From NCBI GenBank assembly GCA_036630325.1, contig CP142728.1, forward strand, positions 558,001 through 622,000: DNA of 64,000 nucleotides, in the 5' to 3' direction. A program made the translations under genes and the position numbers. Origin of the DNA: Vairimorpha necatrix. Lineage: Eukaryota. This document shows, one piece after another, positions 57,480-64,000 of the stretch; position 1 is the stretch's first letter; every line of letters starts with the position of its first letter. The notes below the pieces were generated by a model that saw only the letters and a list, made by a program, of their open reading frames with translations, was not told the origin of the DNA and searched no databases.

Positions 57480-58805
57480 TTAAAGTTCTCTGTTTGTTTT
57501 ATCTGAGTCGGAAGGTTTTTCGTCTTTAATTTCGCCTACTTTATTAGTCTCATTATTTACTTGGGTCAAATATGTAGACATGTCAATATTAAATGATCCA
57601 TTTATTTTTATAAACTCGGCGATAGAATCGGCAGATCTTGTTTTTGAATCAAATGCAAAAACTTCATCGGTCTCTGCCTTAACGAGATAGATTTTAGGTA
57701 CAGAGGAAATGTCGAAATTATCAATGTCATTCATTGTAATGTCACATGTTCCAATGACGATTTTATTATCAAAATGAGTTCGAGAAATAGTGGCCAATTC
57801 TTCAAGTACTGGTCTCAACTGAATACAAAAATTACAACTCGGAGAGCTAAAAACTATTAATTTATCTTTAGTCTTGTCAGCTCTAAATTTCGGAATATTG
57901 TTTCTAGTAAAGATTTTAAGATTTAACTCATCATTGTTTACTGGTTCATCTTGTGAAGCATATTTTGGCTCGATCTTTTTATCTAAAACATCTTGAATAA
58001 ATGACTGAATATTATTTTCAAAACACTTTTTAAGTGGATATTTCAACCCGTCATTTATAAATAATATTCCTGGTAAATCTTCTTCTGTTAATCCAAATGC
58101 GCTCAATTGATCTTTATCGCCCCTATAGGAAATTAAGCAGAATTTTGCTAAATGTTTAACTTTAGAAGCTTCAGATTTATAATTTTTATCAAATGATTGC
58201 ATCTCTTCTGGTTTTATAAATACATAAATGGAGTGTAACCCTGTAGCTTTATACAACTCAAGATTCTGATAGGATAAAGTCCCAATAAGATCTACGCCAA
58301 CAATTGGGACGATAGTTTTAATAGTTTCTTCATTTAGAGGAAATTGATAAGAGACTTTGTCTCTAGGATTAAAACCATAAATACCAGGATAAGGGGTGTT
58401 CATCTCCTTGGCAAGATTCTTATCTGAAGAAATAAAGACTTTCATTGTTCGATCAAAATGATCAGCAGGCAATAAAGCAGTCTTTTCGTCTACAAAGAAA
58501 ATTATAAAAAATCTTTCTCCTTTTTTCATTTCTTCTATCTCATCAGTTTCAAAAGTCTCTATGACTTTAGAAACCTCTCCCATACCTTCTGGTACATCAG
58601 GAATTGAAATAATAGTTTGGAATTTTTTCATGTCTTCCTCATTAGAAAGATCAATTTTTAGATCTTCTAGTATTCCTTGTCCTTTACCATTTTCAATATT
58701 ACTATCATAATTGACTTTAAGATTATCAAATTGTCTTTTGTCTTCGACATTTAAGACAACTGATCTCTCACATAAACATGTCAGTATGAAGAAAACAAAA
58801 TTCAT
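57480..58805 (-). CDS. PDI-like protein (right copy)
   Basis: As the left copy, with about a dozen substitutions. Confidence 0.8.
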   Translation of the reverse strand: MNFVFFILTCLCERSVVLNVEDKRQFDNLKVNYDSNIENGKGQGILEDLKIDLSNEEDMKKFQTIISIPDVPEGMGEVSKVIETFETDEIEEMKKGERFFIIFFVDEKTALLPADHFDRTMKVFISSDKNLAKEMNTPYPGIYGFNPRDKVSYQFPLNEETIKTIVPIVGVDLIGTLSYQNLELYKATGLHSIYVFIKPEEMQSFDKNYKSEASKVKHLAKFCLISYRGDKDQLSAFGLTEEDLPGILFINDGLKYPLKKCFENNIQSFIQDVLDKKIEPKYASQDEPVNNDELNLKIFTRNNIPKFRADKTKDKLIVFSSPSCNFCIQLRPVLEELATISRTHFDNKIVIGTCDITMNDIDNFDISSVPKIYLVKAETDEVFAFDSKTRSADSIAEFIKINGSFNIDMSTYLTQVNNETNKVGEIKDEKPSDSDKTNREL

Positions 58806-60129
58806 TTTTATGGGCAAGAAAAATTACTTAAATAGAAAATTTTAACATTTTGTTTGTTTACAAACAAAGTCAAACGATTTAAGCATAAAGTAAAATAAAA
58901 AAAAACAAAAAAAAACATTTACTATTTTAGGTAAATATCTTAATATTTTAAAATTAATTTTAATAAAATAAAGAAACTTTTCTGGTAGTTATTGGGCGAA
59001 CAAATTTAAAAAATAGAGACGCTTTTAATAAGCTGTATAAGTCTTAGTAAAGTAATTTAACAGATGTAATTTTTTTAATAAAATAAGATTTATTCTAAAT
59101 TGTACGATTTTTAAAAAACAATCTTATAATTGAATAAGCATAAAAAACACCTCGGCATAATATCTATGCTGTAAGATTACAAATGTGTCTGGCTTAATTT
59201 AATAAATAAGAATAATGTTTTTAAATTCAAAAATATTACAAATAGATATTAAACACATACTTCAATATTGTAACTTATTCGATGTTTTTATGTTTATTTT
59301 ATAATGCTAAAATAAGCAAACTTACGAAATCATGAGAGAGTTAGGTAGACATTGTATTGATATACTAAAATCGTATCAATTTGCTTAAAACCTCCGGCTA
59401 AAGTAAGCATTAGCTACAAAAAATAACAGGCTTGAGACGCGAGATCTGCCTCGTCAAATTTTTTACCATTTAAATGGTAAAAATAGCAACCCATTTCGTA
59501 TTAATTTGACTTGATACATAATAATAAGTATCTTTATATCTATACGAACAAAATGACTTGATGCGTATATAATAATAGACCTAATAAAAATTCTCGATCA
59601 ACCTATAAGTCCAACTTTATCTCCTTTGCGGCGTTGCTCCTACTCGTCATCAAGCCTGCATTTTGTGACAATCGTTAATTTTTTTGTCTTTTACAAGTTA
59701 GCCACGTGCTTATAATCCAGAAATTTCAAATACACAAGCATTTAGCTCTACTTCGTCTAGTCTCTTAATTACCTGAAAGATTTGCTCTAAAATGTAGAGA
59801 AATATTTTTTTTATGATCCTCTAAGTACTTTACCTACGATGAAAAAATAAATAAGCCAACATTATTTCTGGCCTAAAATGCGTAAAAAACGGGCTTAAAA
59901 TCTTCTTTGTTGCGACACAGCACACAAATTTGATGAGTTAACTAAAAAAATATGTTTAAAGATTTCAAAATTTTCGAATAATTAAAATTATAACCCAAAT
60001 AATAATATATAGTATTTCTTCGGAATCTAACTCGGTTCTTTATGTATCAACACAAAGCTTTCGACCACTAAGCTACATTTTCATATAATTTTACAATGTT
60101 TTAGAATATTTTGGAATTTTATCCCTTAG

Positions 60130-61884
60130 ATGTCCACAGATTTGGAAGAAATCGAGAACTTTCTAACTTCATATTTCAATCATAGAGTAGATTTAGTACT
60201 TTACAAAATCTACGAAATATCTAGAAAACATTCGAAATCTATAAAATTTTATAGATTTTTAAAGTATAAAATGAAAAAATTGCTTATCCCCCGTGTAAAC
60301 AAAATCGATACGAAAAATATCTATGACAAACATGTTTGGTTTACAAAAATGATTGATTTGTTCAACAAAATCTTCAGAGATACCAAAAAGATGCACAAAA
60401 TTGAAAAATATTTAAAATTTTTAGTTAAGAAAAAACTTGAAACATTAAAAAATGAATTCATTTTTAAAACAGCTACAGAATTTTTAATGGATAATTATGA
60501 AAAAACTAATAAAAAGTTAGAAGCGAACGAAGAAATAAAAAATAATATAGAAGCGAATAAAGAAATCGAAAAATTTTATATGGTAAATGAATTCTATAAC
60601 TTAAATTTTGTGGAAGATTTGAAAAAAATAATAATAAATAGATTTGTAAATAAAATAATAGAATGCGATATAAATAAGATTAAAATATTTTTAGAAAACA
60701 TTAATGACGATTTATTAAATATTAAAAACAGGATTTTTAATGAAGTTGCAAAAGAAATAAATAAAATTAAAATTTTAAAATGTTTAGAAAACAAAGAATA
60801 TCTTGAATTTAATGCAAGTTTGTTTGAAAACGCAAAAGATAAATATAAAGAATACATTATTTTTTATTTAAATAATAAATTTAATGATAACAAGATGGAT
60901 AAAGAATATGTTAATAATATTTTAAAAATATATCTGGAATATAAAAAATTTGACGATTTTGTAAAATCTGTGATATTTAATTGGTTGAAAAATTTAAATA
61001 TAAATTTTGATAAATTTGTAAATGTTTTGAATTCTGGAGAAGGAAAATCTACCGAATTATTTGAATTTTTGGGTATTTTATACAATTTTATTACAGAAAA
61101 AGAAGCATATGAAAAATCTTTAAGGACAAAATTATGTTACAGATTAATAAACAATTTAAGTACAATTGAAGAAGAGGAATATTTTATAAGTATTTATAAA
61201 ACATTTACAAAAGACATTTATGTTTATAAAATGGTAGATTGTATTGAAGATTTTAAAAATAGAATTTTTTTTTATAATTGCGAAATTATGATGATGAGGA
61301 AATTTCAATGGGCAGAATTTAAAAATGTGGAAATTTTCAATTCCGACCTTTCAAAATTAAAAAATAAATATGAAAATCAAATTGCGAAATTTGAAAGAAA
61401 AAAAATATGTTGGATGGATTCTTTGAGTACAGTAGAAGTAGAAATTTATGGGAAAGAAGCTGTCTTAAATTTGGTACAATATGATATTTTATTAAATATT
61501 AATAATCTTGATCTTATAAAAATTTTAAATGAAAATAAAGATCAAGAAAAAATTTTAAATATCAAAATATTACAAGATAACGGATTATTAAAAATTGAGA
61601 ATGAAAAATTTTTTATAAATAAGGATTTTGAATGTAAAAATTTTAATATTAAAGAAAGGGAATTATTAGAAATTAACTTATCTTATGAGACAAGTAAAAA
61701 TAAAAAACATCAATCGGAAGTGTTGGACAGTAAAATAATGTCAAGATTAAAAAAATATAAAAAATTGGAAATTATCGATTTATTGGATATTTCAAATAAA
61801 TCTGAAATAATACAGAGATTGGAAATACTAGAGAAAAAGGGATATTGTCATGTTAAAAATGAAGAAGTACTCTACAAACCATAA
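60130..61884 (+). CDS. Divergent cullin-family protein
   Basis: Cullin-homology-like EKEAYEKSLRTKLCYRLI and WMDSLSTVEVE...LNLVQYDILL. C-terminal LDSKIMSRLKKYKKL...LEILEKKGY resembles the neddylation winged helix. Confidence 0.7.
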   Translation: MSTDLEEIENFLTSYFNHRVDLVLYKIYEISRKHSKSIKFYRFLKYKMKKLLIPRVNKIDTKNIYDKHVWFTKMIDLFNKIFRDTKKMHKIEKYLKFLVKKKLETLKNEFIFKTATEFLMDNYEKTNKKLEANEEIKNNIEANKEIEKFYMVNEFYNLNFVEDLKKIIINRFVNKIIECDINKIKIFLENINDDLLNIKNRIFNEVAKEINKIKILKCLENKEYLEFNASLFENAKDKYKEYIIFYLNNKFNDNKMDKEYVNNILKIYLEYKKFDDFVKSVIFNWLKNLNINFDKFVNVLNSGEGKSTELFEFLGILYNFITEKEAYEKSLRTKLCYRLINNLSTIEEEEYFISIYKTFTKDIYVYKMVDCIEDFKNRIFFYNCEIMMMRKFQWAEFKNVEIFNSDLSKLKNKYENQIAKFERKKICWMDSLSTVEVEIYGKEAVLNLVQYDILLNINNLDLIKILNENKDQEKILNIKILQDNGLLKIENEKFFINKDFECKNFNIKERELLEINLSYETSKNKKHQSEVLDSKIMSRLKKYKKLEIIDLLDISNKSEIIQRLEILEKKGYCHVKNEEVLYKP

Positions 61885-61992
61885 AAATAAATTAATTTTG
61901 TGTTTTTATCTCATATAAAAAATATATACATTTTTAAAAAAATCATAAAATTTGCTAAAAAATATCTAATTTTTAATTTGAATGAAAAAATT

Positions 61993-63307
61993 GGCCAATT
62001 TTCACTTTATGCCCCCCCCTACATATATAAATACAAATTTTTAAAAAATATCCCTTTTTTTAGAAAATCAAAATGGAAAAAAAAAGGAGGAGAAATACTT
62101 AAAATAATAAATTTATTAAAACATCAAAATAATTGTCTTTAAAGTTTCTAAGCAACATAAATCTTAACAAATAAAGATATATTAAACAAGTAGTTCTACA
62201 TCTTATCGGCGTTTGGCGTTTTATAGCTGACCAATTCCCTTCTATGGTGTTAGTGTGCACACCTGTAATGGGATCTTTAAACCATTTGCTATGGTTAACA
62301 GTTATGTGGCTTGCCATTATCTGGTTCATTTTTGAATATCCTTTCCACATATCAGAATAAACAGTAGATTGATTATTAATAAATGTAGCAATAAGATTTA
62401 ATAGGATATTTTTAGTTCTATTAGGTACAGGAATTAACAAAATTTTTCTTTCTTTAGTCCGTTCGACCATCCCCAAAACCCACACACCGTCTACTTTGTG
62501 TCCAACGTTGTATTTACGTTTTCCAAATTTGCTTTCGTCTACTTCTACGATTGTATCCTTACCGCCCAGTGTCTCTCTTGCACTTTCCATGTATTTATGG
62601 TAAGCCTCGTCCAAACAAAACTGTTTTAGGCACCTCGATACAACACATGGGGAAATATATAACAACTTGGCGATTAGTAGAGGAGGGATTTTTGTGAGCC
62701 AGAGGTTCAGGATCTTTAACATAAGTATATGATCCAAATGGGTTTTTGCAAATATGGTATTTGCAAAAAGGCTCCTCTCTTTTTTGCACTTTTTACCAAT
62801 GCATCTGACATTGTAACCCCTTTGCTTTCTCCTCCTAACTTCTTTCCCGCATTTGAAACATTTTACTTGAAGAAGTTTATAAATAATTTCTTCGTATGTT
62901 TTATTTATTTCTTCGTTAGTAAGCATAAAAATGGGGCACTAAAATTAAATTTTTTAAAATTGCTACAAAGAAAACTACATCGTCATTTTAATTTATATAT
63001 CGTTGTAATAAGTTCAAATAAATGAATTTATTGTATGGTTTCATTACTTATTATTATTTATGATAATTAAAATAGTAAGTAAAAAATTTGGACCGTATGA
63101 TGACATATAGAGTTAAATTTATATTTGTATAATAAAATTGATATGATTCGTCTATTTATTTTTGTATATTAGATTATTTTTATGTACTTTTTTTAATTTT
63201 TTTTTTCTCCTCCTTTTTTTTTCCATTTTGATTTTCTAAAAAAAGGGATATTTTTTAAAAATTTGTATTTATATATGTAGGGGGGGGGCATAAAGTGAAA
63301 AAGCTCC
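61993..63307 (-). mobile_element. Merlin/IS1595-like DNA transposon, apparently autonomous
   Basis: ~100-bp near-perfect TIRs (61993-~62095; ~63204-63307) with GG/CC termini around an intact transposase. No TSD. Confidence 0.93.
62099..62926 (-). CDS. Merlin DDE transposase
   Basis: CFKC...C...C zinc ribbon, VEVDESKFGKRKYN.G...GVWVLG, YSDMWKGY, HITVNHS..F.DP.TGVHTNTIEGNW. Confidence 0.93.
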   Translation of the reverse strand: MLTNEEINKTYEEIIYKLLQVKCFKCGKEVRRRKQRGYNVRCIGKKCKKERSLFANTIFAKTHLDHILMLKILNLWLTKIPPLLIAKLLYISPCVVSRCLKQFCLDEAYHKYMESARETLGGKDTIVEVDESKFGKRKYNVGHKVDGVWVLGMVERTKERKILLIPVPNRTKNILLNLIATFINNQSTVYSDMWKGYSKMNQIMASHITVNHSKWFKDPITGVHTNTIEGNWSAIKRQTPIRCRTTCLIYLYLLRFMLLRNFKDNYFDVLINLLF

Positions 63308-64000
63308 ATTTCTAACAATTGTCATATAGCCTATAACAATCAAAATAGTAAAGTCAAAATATAAAACTTGTCATAATAAATATCATAAAGCAATAATTTA
63401 GACAGTTATATCGTAAGCATTATTACAGTCAACCAAGACAAAGAAATACTAGTTGGTACGACGAAGAATATGTATGAGATTTTTAAAACTTCTTCTGTAG
63501 ATGATTCAATAATGTACATTTTTGTTGCATTAAACATTTCAAACAAACAATTTAGTGTGTCGCTGATGTAATTTAATTATTTCATATAAAAAGTTAAAAA
63601 TAAATCATACGATAATTTCAAAACTAGAATAGATATAAAAGGAAGAAAAATTCGTGTTAATCGAAATCTAGAATGCGCAAAAATATATGATCTAATAAAT
63701 CTGAGCTATAAAATTAATAATATGCATTAATTGTACCAATACGATATGTTTAAAAATTTTTGAGTTAAAAATGTAAAAATATTTTTATCAGTAAAGCTAA
63801 TTAAAGATTGGCTCTTTGTGTCATCAAATGATCGAAGAACATTATGGACCTATTTAAGTATCTTGTGGCTGTTGATCTGCTCAAGGACGGGAATAAGTGT
63901 GGCATTTTGCAATCTTGTTCAAATACAGTTCTAAAAACCAAGTGGACAGTGTGACACCTGAAAAATATCGTTGTTTGATGAGTCTAAATCATTGGATTTA

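Larger units (their letters stand above)
42891..59928. repeat. Right arm of the giant inverted duplication (intact, TE-free within the compared span)
   Basis: Reverse complement of 1-22062 minus the four left-arm insertions. Confidence 0.97.

Overview
This is AT-rich, intron-free eukaryotic DNA with reduced proteins, very short intergenic spacers and CCC motifs just before start codons, which fits a microsporidian (Nosema/Vairimorpha-like; inferred). The window is dominated by a large gene-bearing inverted duplication. The left arm (1 to ~22062, possibly extending beyond the window) mirrors the right arm (~42891-59928). Each arm carries 14 genes: a PDI-like protein, a repeat-containing membrane protein, an RRP7-like protein (uncertain), an NSE1-like protein, NOP56, SUA5, RAD2/XPG, a 520-aa hypothetical, TFB5, NOG2, frequenin, a WD40 protein and two secreted-family genes. 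The right arm is intact. The left arm has four TE insertions, each with an exact empty site in the right arm, and three broken genes. The ~21-kb spacer between the arms holds nested TEs (Ty3/gypsy, Merlin, Mutator, Ginger2-like) plus further secreted-family paralogs. A cullin-like gene and an apparently intact Merlin transposon follow the right arm. The most unusual system is a family of three divergent ~3.2-kb Ty3/gypsy elements. They have only 48-49-bp LTRs that contain an AT-rich/CCC promoter-like motif, the in-frame start codon and AATAAA. They encode a very small Gag and no recognisable aspartic protease, their PBS is also coding sequence, and an LTR CCCCCA tract can fold back onto the PBS (possible self-priming). 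All protein calls come from visual motif recognition, not database searches.
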